A DNA stretch of 64,000 nt from Bacteroidales bacterium (lineage in GTDB: Bacteria > Bacteroidota > Bacteroidia > Bacteroidales > P3), in NCBI GenBank assembly GCA_017469625.1, contig JAFUGA010000027.1, positions 7,628 to 71,627 of the forward strand, given 5' to 3'. A program made the position numbers and the translations under genes. Numbering within the stretch: the stretch's first letter is position 1; each line of letters opens with the position of its first letter. This document shows, piece by piece, positions 17,299-26,693 of this stretch. Below the pieces are notes generated by a model. That model was not told the DNA's origin. It was given only the letters and a program-made list of their open reading frames with translations, and did not search any database.

Positions 17299-18419
17299 TA
17301 ATATTAGTAAATACCACAAACTTAAGTTCTGGTGGTGGTTTGCAAGTAGCAGATTCTTTTTGCAAGACACTGAACACTTATACAGGAAAACACCGTTTTA
17401 TAGTCGTGTTGTCTTCTTTTCTGAAAAACACTGGCGAATATATAAAAGGGTATGAAAATGTAGAGGTGTTCTTTTACGATATTACAAACTCACTTTCCAC
17501 TCTTATATTAGGAAGAGATAAGTTTTTGGATAATCTTGTGAAAGAGAAAAATGTAGATATGGTATTTACTGTCTTTGGTCCTTCTCGTTGGAATCCTAAA
17601 GTAAAACATCTGAGTGGTTTTGCTATGTCGCAAATAGTTATGAAAGAATCACCTTTCTACACTATAATAAACGCAAAACAAAAACTGAAATGGTTTATAG
17701 GCAATAGAGTAAGGAAGTATCTTTTTAAACGAAGCACAAACCTTTTCTACACAGAAAACAAAGAGATAACAAGAAGACTACAACTTCTATTCAAAAAAGC
17801 CAAATGTTATACTGTTACCAATTATTACAATCAAATCTATGATAACCCTTCACTTTGGAAACCAAAAACTTTACCACAGTTTGACGGATATACATTTTTG
17901 ACTATCTCTACTTATTACGATTTCAAAAACTTAACTATTTCCATACCTATAGCAAAGATTTTAAAACAGAGGTACAAAGATTTGAAATTTAGATTTGTAT
18001 TTACTTGCAAAGAAAGTGCTTTTCCACAGATAGACAGCAATATAAGAGATAATTTTCTTTTCATAGATACGGTGGATATAGAAGAATGTCCTTCTCTTTA
18101 CGAGCAATGCGATATAGTTTTTCAACCTACACTTATGGAATGTTTTACTGCCGTATATCCTGAGGCTATGAAAATGAACAAACCTATACTTACAGTAGAT
18201 TTACCTTTTGCAACAGGTCTTTGTGGTAAGGCAGTAGAATATTATTCTCCTCTTTCACCAGAAGATGCTGCAGATAAGATTTACTCTCTTTTGACAAACA
18301 AGCAGAAAAGAGAAACTTTGATAGCACAGGGCAAAGAGCAACTAAAATCCTATGACAACTACACCCAGCGAAGTGAGAAACTTATAAACATAATGGAGAA
18401 AGAATTTTTGTCCAAATAA
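17295..18419 (+). CDS. glycosyltransferase (GT1/GT4-like, GT-B fold)
   Basis: 374 aa. C-terminal ECFTAVYPEAMKMNKPILT resembles the E-x7-E motif of GT4 enzymes. Confidence 0.65.
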   Translation: MIILVNTTNLSSGGGLQVADSFCKTLNTYTGKHRFIVVLSSFLKNTGEYIKGYENVEVFFYDITNSLSTLILGRDKFLDNLVKEKNVDMVFTVFGPSRWNPKVKHLSGFAMSQIVMKESPFYTIINAKQKLKWFIGNRVRKYLFKRSTNLFYTENKEITRRLQLLFKKAKCYTVTNYYNQIYDNPSLWKPKTLPQFDGYTFLTISTYYDFKNLTISIPIAKILKQRYKDLKFRFVFTCKESAFPQIDSNIRDNFLFIDTVDIEECPSLYEQCDIVFQPTLMECFTAVYPEAMKMNKPILTVDLPFATGLCGKAVEYYSPLSPEDAADKIYSLLTNKQKRETLIAQGKEQLKSYDNYTQRSEKLINIMEKEFLSK

Positions 18420-18455
18420 AACATACGAGAGTATAACAAAACAATAATATAGAGA

Positions 18456-19610
18456 ATGAAAATTTTAGTAACAGGAGCCAAAGGTTTTGTAGGCAAAAAC
18501 CTTGTAGCACAACTGCAAAACATAAAGCAGGAGAAAGCAAGATGGTATTCAGTTTCCAAAGATATAGATATATATGAATACGATATAGATTCTACAGAAG
18601 AGGAACTTGATAAGTATTGTAGGGATTGTGATTTTGTTTTCCACCTTGCAGGAGTCAATCGTCCAAAAGAACAAAAAGAGTTTATGGAAGGTAATTTTGG
18701 TTTTACAGATACACTGTTAAACACTCTGAAAAAACACAAAAATACTTGTCCTGTAATGATTTCCTCTTCTATTCAGGCACTTTTGGATAACCCATACGGA
18801 GAAAGCAAAAGGGCAGGAGAGAACCTAATGCGAGAATACTCTAAACAAACAGGTGCAAAGGTTCTTATATATCGTTTTCCTAATGTTTTCGGTAAGTGGT
18901 GCAAACCAAACTACAACTCAGCCGTTGCTACATTTTGCAACAACATAGCAAACGATTTGCCTATACAAGTAAATGACCCTAACGTTTTGATGCACTTGGT
19001 TTATATAGATGATGTGGTAGATGAACTTATTTCAGCACTTTCCGGTAATGAAAACAGAGAGGGAGATTTTTGCAAAGTAAAGGTAGAACACGAGATAAAA
19101 TTGGGTGAGATAGTAGATTTGATAAAGATGTTTCGTTCTCAGAGTGAAACACTTATTGTACCCGAAATGGCAGAAGGAAGTTTTGAGAAAAAATTATATG
19201 CTACCTACCTATCTTATCTGCCAAAGGAGAAAGTAAAGTTTCCTTTGAAGATGAACACAGACGCAAGAGGCAGTTTTACAGAACTGTTAAAGACTAACAA
19301 ATGCGGACAATTCTCTGTCAATGTTTCAAATCCTGGAATTACAAAAGGAGAACATTGGCACAATACCAAGTGGGAATTTTTTATAGTAGTATCCGGCCAC
19401 GCTCTTATAGAGGAAAGAAAGATAGGAAGCGAGGAGGTAATAAGTTTTGAAGTAAGTGGAGATAAACCAGAGGCTGTTCATATGTTGCCGGGTTATACTC
19501 ATAATATTACTAACCTTAGTAAGACAGAGAAACTTATAACTCTTATGTGGGCAAATGAACTCTTTGACCCACAAAGACCAGACACCTATTTTGAAAAAGT
19601 AAATATGTAA
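18456..19610 (+). CDS. fnlB: UDP-L-FucNAc pathway reductase/epimerase FnlB/CapF (SDR + C-terminal cupin)
   Basis: 384 aa. Near-collinear with remembered S. aureus CapF: TGAKGFVGKNL, HLAGVNRP, SSSIQA..DNPYGESK, FGKWCKPNYNSAVATFC, LYATYLSYLP, PGITKGEHWHNTK, MWANELFDPQRPDTYF. Confidence 0.9.
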   Translation: MKILVTGAKGFVGKNLVAQLQNIKQEKARWYSVSKDIDIYEYDIDSTEEELDKYCRDCDFVFHLAGVNRPKEQKEFMEGNFGFTDTLLNTLKKHKNTCPVMISSSIQALLDNPYGESKRAGENLMREYSKQTGAKVLIYRFPNVFGKWCKPNYNSAVATFCNNIANDLPIQVNDPNVLMHLVYIDDVVDELISALSGNENREGDFCKVKVEHEIKLGEIVDLIKMFRSQSETLIVPEMAEGSFEKKLYATYLSYLPKEKVKFPLKMNTDARGSFTELLKTNKCGQFSVNVSNPGITKGEHWHNTKWEFFIVVSGHALIEERKIGSEEVISFEVSGDKPEAVHMLPGYTHNITNLSKTEKLITLMWANELFDPQRPDTYFEKVNM

Positions 19611-19619
19611 AAATAAAAC

Positions 19620-19808
19620 TTTGTTTTAATTTTCTAAAACTAAGAAAGAGATTTCTAAAACTTTGTTTTAATTTCGTAGAACTTGATTCTAATTTTCTAA
19701 AACGAAGAGATAGAATTCTAAAACAAAGTTCTACGAAATTAAAACAAAGAGATAGAAAATTAAAACAAAGTTCTACAAAAATAGAATAAAGAGATAGAAA
19801 AATAAAAG
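19620..19808. repeat. phased 21-bp repeat array, copy D (9 exact-register units) between fnlB and fnlC
   Basis: CTTTGTTTTAATTTTCTAAAA / CTAAGAAAGAGATTTCTAAAA / CTTTGTTTTAATTTCGTAGAA / CTTGATTCTAATTTTCTAAAA / CGAAGAGATAGAATTCTAAAA / CAAAGTTCTACGAAATTAAAA / CAAAGAGATAGAAAATTAAAA / CAAAGTTCTACAAAAATAGAA / TAAAGAGATAGAAAAATAAAA. Confidence 0.95.
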
Positions 19809-19815
19809 TAAAATT

Positions 19816-20985
19816 ATGGATTACAAACATATACAGTTCAAAAACAACGGTAAATTAAAACTCCTTATAATAGTAGGAACAAGACCTGAAATCATACGTT
19901 TGGCAGCCGTTATAAACAAATGTAGAAATTATTTTGATACTATTTTGGCTCATACGGGACAAAATTATGATTATAACCTTAATGGGATATTTTTTAAAGA
20001 TTTAAAACTTCAAGATGCTGAAGTTTATATGAACGCTGTTGGCAATGATTTGGGACAAACCATAGGAAACATTATAGCAGAGTCTTACAAACTTATGGTG
20101 GATATAAACCCAGATGCTTTGTTGATATTGGGCGATACAAATTCTTGCCTTTCTGCTATAGCAGCAAAACGTTTGCATATACCTATCTTTCACATGGAGG
20201 CTGGAAACCGTTGCAAAGATGAATGTTTGCCAGAAGAAACCAACAGAAGAATAGTAGATATAATCTCAGATGTAAATCTTGCATATTCAGAACACGCAAG
20301 AAGATATTTGGCAGAATGTGGTTTGCCAAAGGAAAGAACGTATGTTACCGGTTCTCCTATGGCAGAGGTTCTTAGAAACAACTTACAGGAGATAGAATCT
20401 TCGCAAATACTTGATAAATTGGGATTAAAGAAAAAAGGGTATATACTTTTATCTGCTCATAGAGAAGAAAACATAGACACAGAAAAGAATTTCATATCCT
20501 TATTTACTGCCATAAACAAATTGGCAGCAAAATATGATATGCCTATACTTTATTCTTGCCACCCAAGAAGTAAAAAAAGATTGGAACAAAGCAAGTTTGA
20601 ACTTGATAAACGTGTAATACAGCACGAACCATTGGGATTTCATGACTACAATAACTTGCAAATGAATGCTTTTGCGGTAGTTTCAGACAGTGGAACTTTG
20701 CCAGAAGAAAGTAGTTTCTACACTTCTTTGGGTAAAAGTTTTCCTGCTATCTGCATAAGAACGAGTACAGAACGCCCAGAGGCTTTGGACAAGGCTTGTT
20801 TTGTGCTTGCTGGTATAGATGAAAAAAGTTTGTTGCAAGCAGTAGAACTTGCAGTGGATATGAACGAAAACACCGACAACGGAATACCTGTTCCAAACTA
20901 CACAGACGAAAACGTATCAACCAAGGTTGTGAAAATAATACAATCTTATACAGGTATAGTAAATAAGATGGTGTGGAGAAAATAG
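19816..20985 (+). CDS. fnlC: UDP-N-acetylglucosamine/UDP-L-PneNAc 2-epimerase FnlC/CapG
   Basis: 389 aa. IVGTRPEIIRL, HTGQNYDY, LILGDTNSCL, FHMEAGNRC, SAHREENID, IRTSTERPE and VSTKVVKIIQSY all match the CapG/FnlC pattern. Confidence 0.9.
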   Translation: MDYKHIQFKNNGKLKLLIIVGTRPEIIRLAAVINKCRNYFDTILAHTGQNYDYNLNGIFFKDLKLQDAEVYMNAVGNDLGQTIGNIIAESYKLMVDINPDALLILGDTNSCLSAIAAKRLHIPIFHMEAGNRCKDECLPEETNRRIVDIISDVNLAYSEHARRYLAECGLPKERTYVTGSPMAEVLRNNLQEIESSQILDKLGLKKKGYILLSAHREENIDTEKNFISLFTAINKLAAKYDMPILYSCHPRSKKRLEQSKFELDKRVIQHEPLGFHDYNNLQMNAFAVVSDSGTLPEESSFYTSLGKSFPAICIRTSTERPEALDKACFVLAGIDEKSLLQAVELAVDMNENTDNGIPVPNYTDENVSTKVVKIIQSYTGIVNKMVWRK

Positions 20986-20989
20986 AAGA

Positions 20990-22183
20990 ATGAAAAAAAT
21001 TCTTGTCATATCTGAGGTTTTTTACCCCGAGAACTTTCTTATAAACGACCTTGTAAAAGAATGGAAAAAGCAGGGTTATAAGGTGGATATTATAAGTCAA
21101 TATCCGTCTTATCCCGAAAGTTATGTCTTTCCCGGATATGAAAACAAGGGAGAATCTATAGAAGAATGGGACGGCTCAAAAATATATAGGTTTCCATTTA
21201 TAGAAGGATATAAAACCAGTATAAGAAAGAAAATCTCTAACTATATAAAATACGTACGTGGAGCATCAAAGATAGGAAAGAGGATAGCAGGTGATTATGA
21301 CTTAGTGTTTGTATCTCAGACAGGACCTCTTACAGTGGCTTTGCCTGCTATTGCTATTAAAAAGAAATATCATAAACCTGTATCTATATGGACTTTTGAT
21401 ATTTGGCCCGATGTTGTGTATATGTACGGAGTTCCAAGATTTTTTTTGACAAGAATATTACTTAATCTTTTCGTTGCTTACGTATATAAAAATTGTGATA
21501 ATATCTTGGTTTCAAGTTCAGGCTTTAAAGATTCTATAGCAAAGTATGCAGGAGAGAAAACTATAACTTATACTCCTAATTGGTTGCAGCCTGTGGATTT
21601 TGTCATAAGTGAGATAAGGCTTGACAACACAAAATTTAACTTTACTTTTACCGGAAATATTTCTTTGTACCAAAATATGATAAACGTTGTAAAAGGTTTT
21701 GATGAAGCAAAACTTGAAAACAGTATTTTGAACATAATAGGTAACGGGTCATCATATACAGAGGTTAAGGAATATATAGAAGAACACAATATAAAGAACG
21801 TCAATCTGCATAAAAGAATACCATACAACCAAATAGACGATATATTGCGACATAGCGATGTTTTCGTTTTGCCTCTTATACCAAACGAGGAGATAGAAAA
21901 GACAGAACCACTGAAACTTCAGTCTTACTTGTCTGTAGGCAAGCCTATATTTGGTATTCTTAATGGGACGTGTAAGACAATCATAGAAGAAAATAACTTA
22001 GGTTTATGTTCCGACCCTGCAGATATTCATTCTATAGCAGAAGGTTTTAGAAATATGAGGATATTTTCTGAACAAAACACAGAGAAAGTAAGACTCTCTG
22101 CTATGAAACTAAAAGAAGAAAGATACAATAAAGAAAAGATAATACAGAAAATAAATAAGACTATAGGTTTACTTAGTAAATAG
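20990..22183 (+). CDS. GT4 glycosyltransferase, WbuB-like (L-FucNAc transferase family)
   Basis: 397 aa. N-terminus MKKILVISEVFYPENFLINDL. Sits directly after fnlC, as in L-FucNAc clusters. Confidence 0.7.
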   Translation: MKKILVISEVFYPENFLINDLVKEWKKQGYKVDIISQYPSYPESYVFPGYENKGESIEEWDGSKIYRFPFIEGYKTSIRKKISNYIKYVRGASKIGKRIAGDYDLVFVSQTGPLTVALPAIAIKKKYHKPVSIWTFDIWPDVVYMYGVPRFFLTRILLNLFVAYVYKNCDNILVSSSGFKDSIAKYAGEKTITYTPNWLQPVDFVISEIRLDNTKFNFTFTGNISLYQNMINVVKGFDEAKLENSILNIIGNGSSYTEVKEYIEEHNIKNVNLHKRIPYNQIDDILRHSDVFVLPLIPNEEIEKTEPLKLQSYLSVGKPIFGILNGTCKTIIEENNLGLCSDPADIHSIAEGFRNMRIFSEQNTEKVRLSAMKLKEERYNKEKIIQKINKTIGLLSK

Positions 22184-22188
22184 TATTT

Positions 22189-23646
22189 ATGGCAGAATCT
22201 CTAAAAAACAAAGCATTCTCTGGAATGGTGTGGGTAGGACTTGAAAAATTTGCATTACAGATTTTTGCATTTATTCAAGGTGTAATAATGGCACGATTGC
22301 TTATGCCCTCAGACTATGGTTTGGTTGCTATGACAGGAGTCTTCTTTTCTATATCATATACTTTTATAGACTCAGGATTTTCTAATGCTTTGATAAGAAA
22401 GAAAGACCTAATCCCTGTAGATTATTCTACAGTATATGTTACCAATGTAATATTATCTTTGTTCTTTGCTATACTTTTGTGTTTATGTTCTTCACTTATA
22501 GCAAACTTTTACAAAGAACCCATACTTCAACAAATAGTTTGTGTAGATGCTTTATCATTATTTTTAGGTTCTTTTTTGGCAGTACAGGGAGTAAGGCTAC
22601 AAGTAAATCTTAACTTCAAAGTCTTAAGTATAATAACCGTTGCAGAAAATGTTATAGGTGGTATAGCATCTATAGTTCTTGCCTTTTTAGGTTTTGGAGT
22701 TTGGTCATTGGTGTATCCTGCTTTTGTAAAGATAGTAGTAAAGGCTGTTTTGTTCTGGTACTATCAAAGATGGTTTCCAGGAATAAGGTTTTCCAAACAG
22801 TCTTTCAAGGAACTGTTTGCTTATGGTTCAAAACTACTAATATCAAGACTAATAGATTCTATATATAATAATATATACCCTTTGGTAATAGGAAAAAAGT
22901 TTTCATCAAAAGATTTAGGATTTTACACAAAAGCAACAGGCTATGCCAACTTACCTGCTATGACAGTGTCAGATGTTTTAGGTAGGGTAACCTTTCCTGT
23001 TTTGGCCAAACTACAAGACGATGAACCTACTCTGCAAAGAGTATATAGAAGAATGATACGTCTTTCTGCTTATGTGTTGTTTCCTATTATGGTAGGTGTA
23101 TCTGTTTTGGCTTATCCTCTTATAGTGTTACTTATAGGTATAAAATGGGAACCCTCTGTTATATACTTACAGATACTTTGTTTTGTTTTAATGTGGTATC
23201 CTATACATGCACTAAACCTCAACCTTTTGCAAGTTAAGGGTCGTTCGGATTTATTTCTTAGATTGGAAATAATAAAGAAAATAGTTGGTGTAATCATTCT
23301 TGTTATTACAGTGCCTATGGGTTTGATAGCTATGTGTGTAGGGGGTATTTTTTCTTCTATCATTTGTCTGGCTATAAATACCTACTACACAGGAAAACTG
23401 ATAAATGTAGGCTTTTTCAAACAAATGAAAGATTTGTTGCCAACACTTATTTACTCTCTTTCAATGGGTGTAGTTATTTATTGGAGTGTGTATTTTATCT
23501 CTTCATTATGGTTGAAATTGATAATAGGTCTGATAGTAGGAGTAGTGTTCTACTTTGGATTATCAAAACTTACTAAATCTCAAGATTTGGTTTATTTAAA
23601 AGAACTTTTACAAGAGAATATTTTATCAAGATGGAAAAAACAATAA
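22189..23646 (+). CDS. wzx: Wzx-type polysaccharide flippase (MOP superfamily), copy 2
   Basis: 485 aa multi-TM. N-terminus KNKAFSGMVWVGLEKFALQIFAFIQGVIMARLLMPSDYG is typical of the polysaccharide biosynthesis protein family. Confidence 0.8.
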   Translation: MAESLKNKAFSGMVWVGLEKFALQIFAFIQGVIMARLLMPSDYGLVAMTGVFFSISYTFIDSGFSNALIRKKDLIPVDYSTVYVTNVILSLFFAILLCLCSSLIANFYKEPILQQIVCVDALSLFLGSFLAVQGVRLQVNLNFKVLSIITVAENVIGGIASIVLAFLGFGVWSLVYPAFVKIVVKAVLFWYYQRWFPGIRFSKQSFKELFAYGSKLLISRLIDSIYNNIYPLVIGKKFSSKDLGFYTKATGYANLPAMTVSDVLGRVTFPVLAKLQDDEPTLQRVYRRMIRLSAYVLFPIMVGVSVLAYPLIVLLIGIKWEPSVIYLQILCFVLMWYPIHALNLNLLQVKGRSDLFLRLEIIKKIVGVIILVITVPMGLIAMCVGGIFSSIICLAINTYYTGKLINVGFFKQMKDLLPTLIYSLSMGVVIYWSVYFISSLWLKLIIGLIVGVVFYFGLSKLTKSQDLVYLKELLQENILSRWKKQ

Positions 23647-24737
23647 ATGTTACCTCGCCACTTCTTCCAAATATAGAAGAATTCGGTGAAATGTTAAAAG
23701 AAATTTGGGACAGTAAATGGATAACCAATAACGGTAGTTTTCATAAACGTTTGGAAGAAGCATTATGTGAATATTTGAAAGTACCATATATTAGTTTGTT
23801 TACAAACGGAACCTTACCTCTTATTACTTCTTTGCAAGCAATGAGAATATCTGGTGAAGTTATAACTACACCTTATAGTTTTGTTGCTACAACTCATTCT
23901 CTTTGGTGGAATGGTATAAAACCTGTTTTTGTAGATATATTAGAAGAAACAGGAAACATAAACCCTGAGAAAATAGAACAAGCAATAACGCCAAAGACTA
24001 CCGCTATAATGCCTGTACATGTTTATGGAAAACCTTGCGATACTAAGGCTATACAAGAGATAGCTGACAAATATGGATTGAAAGTTATTTACGATGCAGC
24101 ACACGCTTTTGGTGTAGAAGTAAATGGAGAAAGTCTTTTGAATGCTGGTGATTTATCTACTTTGTCTTTCCATGCTACAAAAGTTTATAACACCATAGAA
24201 GGAGGTGCTTTGGTAATGCACGATGAGAAGACAAAGAAAAGAATAGATTATCTTAAGAATTTTGGTTTTGCAGGCGAAACAGAAATAGTTGCACCAGGTA
24301 TAAACTCAAAGATGGACGAGATACGTTCGGCTTATGGTCTTTTGAATTTGAAACAGGTAGATGAGGCAATAGAAAAACGCCACCAAGCAGCAATAAAGTA
24401 TAGACAAGTTTTAAAAGATGTTAAAGGTATTAGATTTTGGGACGATATACAGGGAGTAAAACATAACTATTCTTATTTTCCAATCTTTGTAGATGCAAAC
24501 GAATATGGCAAAACAAGAGATGAACTATATTTTGATATGCAAAAACAAGGTGTATATGGAAGACGTTATTTCTATCCTTTGATAAGTACATTTACAACCT
24601 ATAAAGGATTGGATAGTGCAAAACCTTCCAACTTGCCTGTGGCTACAAAGATGGCAAACGAAGTTATTTGCTTGCCTATGTATAGCGATTTGTCAGAACA
24701 AGATGTAGAAAGAGTTTTAGATTGTATTGTAAAATAG
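23631..24737 (+). CDS. DegT/DnrJ/EryC1/StrS-family sugar aminotransferase (PLP-dependent)
   Basis: 368 aa. DAAHAFG and LSFHATKVYNTIEGGA (PLP-lysine) motifs. Confidence 0.85.
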   Translation: MEKTINVTSPLLPNIEEFGEMLKEIWDSKWITNNGSFHKRLEEALCEYLKVPYISLFTNGTLPLITSLQAMRISGEVITTPYSFVATTHSLWWNGIKPVFVDILEETGNINPEKIEQAITPKTTAIMPVHVYGKPCDTKAIQEIADKYGLKVIYDAAHAFGVEVNGESLLNAGDLSTLSFHATKVYNTIEGGALVMHDEKTKKRIDYLKNFGFAGETEIVAPGINSKMDEIRSAYGLLNLKQVDEAIEKRHQAAIKYRQVLKDVKGIRFWDDIQGVKHNYSYFPIFVDANEYGKTRDELYFDMQKQGVYGRRYFYPLISTFTTYKGLDSAKPSNLPVATKMANEVICLPMYSDLSEQDVERVLDCIVK

Positions 24738-24747
24738 ATATTATATT

Positions 24748-25683
24748 ATGACAAATGAGCCTGTATTTTTAACCATACACTGTTTAGTATATAACCACGA
24801 ACCGTTTTTAAGGGAGTGTTTAGATGGTTTTGTAATGCAGAAAACTAACTTCCGCTTTGAAGCCATAGTACATGACGATGCATCAACGGATAATTCTGCA
24901 AAGATAATACAAGAGTATGCAGAGAAATACCCAAATATAATAAAACCAATACTTCAAAAAGAAAACCAATGGTCAAAACACGCTGATTTAGGTTTAATAC
25001 TAAAAAACGCTACAGCAAAGACAACAAAATATATAGCCACTTGCGAAGGTGATGACTATTGGACAGACCCTAATAAACTACAAAAACAAGTAGATTTTTT
25101 AGAATCTCACCCAGATTATGTAGCCTGCGGACACGATATAAAGATAAAGTACGAAAAGAAAAATGTATATATAGATGATGTAATTATAAAACAGGCAATA
25201 GAAAATGATACAAAAACCTACTATATAGATTTTACCAAAGAAGACTACCTAAAAGAATCTAAATGGTTGTTGCATACCATATCAGTAGTACGTAGAAATA
25301 TAAAAATTCCAGAAAAAACTTTTTTTGATACAGAACTATTTTACTTCCTTTTTACAAAAGGAAAGATTGCCATACTAAAAGATAAGATGGGAGTGTATAG
25401 AAAACATTCTGGAGGAATGACAAACAGAACTATATATCAAGCAATAAAAAGAGAAATAATAGATTTTTATTCACTATATAAAAGGTATAAAGATAAGATG
25501 ATAATCTATCGTTTGAGTTGTAAAGAATTTGTTCTTTTGTACGATGAGTATCATAATTATGGAATAAAGAAAGCAATAAAAACACTAAGAGAATATAGAC
25601 ATATAACAGATAATTATGTTTTCTTTAGATTTCTAATTTCTTTTCCTAAACAACTTTATAAGATGAAAACAAATACTCTTTAA
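24748..25683 (+). CDS. glycosyltransferase family 2 (tandem paralog 1)
   Basis: 311 aa. HDDASTDNS and CEGDDYW (DxD) motifs. The first ~125 aa are nearly identical to the next gene. Confidence 0.8.
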   Translation: MTNEPVFLTIHCLVYNHEPFLRECLDGFVMQKTNFRFEAIVHDDASTDNSAKIIQEYAEKYPNIIKPILQKENQWSKHADLGLILKNATAKTTKYIATCEGDDYWTDPNKLQKQVDFLESHPDYVACGHDIKIKYEKKNVYIDDVIIKQAIENDTKTYYIDFTKEDYLKESKWLLHTISVVRRNIKIPEKTFFDTELFYFLFTKGKIAILKDKMGVYRKHSGGMTNRTIYQAIKREIIDFYSLYKRYKDKMIIYRLSCKEFVLLYDEYHNYGIKKAIKTLREYRHITDNYVFFRFLISFPKQLYKMKTNTL

Positions 25684-25739
25684 TTCACCGAAGAAATGTA
25701 TAACCCACTTTTATTTTAAAACAAGCCAAATACCATATT

Positions 25740-26687
25740 ATGACAGAAGAACCAGTATTAGTAACCATACATAGTTTAGTTTACAATCACGAACCGTTTT
25801 TAAGAGAGTGTTTAGACGGTTTTGTCATGCAGAAAACTAATTTTCGTTTTGAAGCCATAGTACATGATGATGCATCAACGGATAATTCCGCAAAGATAAT
25901 ACAAGAGTATGCAGAAAAATACCCAGATATAATAAAACCTATATTTGAGAAAGAAAACCAATATTCAAAACATAACAACATAGGTTTGATATTACAAAGT
26001 GCTACAGCAAAGACAACAAAGTATATAGCCACTTGTGAAGGCGATGATTATTGGACAGACCCTAATAAACTGCAAAAACAGTTTGATTTTTTAGAATCAC
26101 ACCCAGACCATTCAGCAGTAACAACAGACAATATAGATTATTGGGAAAACGAAAAGAGATTTGATGAACACTCAAAATGGTATTACTTAAATAGAATACC
26201 TAAAATAAACGGATTGAAGACTGCTACTTTGCACGATTTCTTTTATAATATAGAATGGATGTATTCTACTTGTACCCTAATGAGAAGAAATAATGGTGTA
26301 GAACTCTCACTACAAAAATATACATACAGGTACGACACTGTAAAAACATATTATCTTCATAAACAAGGAAAAATATCTATGATGCAGGATTGTACAGCAG
26401 TTTACCGTTATCACGATGGAGGAGTATGGTCTTCAAATACTAAGGAGAATAATGCTTGGGTGGGTGGTGTTTGTTACTATGAAATATACAAAATAGAGAA
26501 CGAAAAAGATGCTTTAAATAATGCAAATGAATATTTAAGTTATTATTTAAGACTATGTTATGAAGGTGGAGGTGTAGTTAGGTTAATAAAAGGTTTTATA
26601 AAAGTGCTTAAACTAATAGACTTTTATGCTTTCTATAGATTTTGTTCTTTTGAGATAGAGAAAATATTTAAAAAACTGAAAAAATAA
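25740..26687 (+). CDS. glycosyltransferase family 2 (tandem paralog 2)
   Basis: 315 aa. Same N-terminal ~125 aa as 24748-25683, then an unrelated C-terminal half. Confidence 0.8.
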   Translation: MTEEPVLVTIHSLVYNHEPFLRECLDGFVMQKTNFRFEAIVHDDASTDNSAKIIQEYAEKYPDIIKPIFEKENQYSKHNNIGLILQSATAKTTKYIATCEGDDYWTDPNKLQKQFDFLESHPDHSAVTTDNIDYWENEKRFDEHSKWYYLNRIPKINGLKTATLHDFFYNIEWMYSTCTLMRRNNGVELSLQKYTYRYDTVKTYYLHKQGKISMMQDCTAVYRYHDGGVWSSNTKENNAWVGGVCYYEIYKIENEKDALNNANEYLSYYLRLCYEGGGVVRLIKGFIKVLKLIDFYAFYRFCSFEIEKIFKKLKK

Positions 26688-26693
26688 CTTTCT

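Noticed and set aside
19620-19808. The repeat arrays (this one and the other eight) as CRISPR arrays
   Set aside because: The units are contiguous 21-mers with no unique spacers, are degenerate, and occur in both orientations within one array. No cas genes are present in the window.
19543-19830. 95-aa minus-strand ORF from the ORF track (also 53087-53278, 63 aa)
   Set aside because: Both are translations of the 21-bp repeat arrays (heptad-like LSLCFNF / RKLKQS strings). They have no start context or promoter box, so they are artefacts of repeat periodicity.
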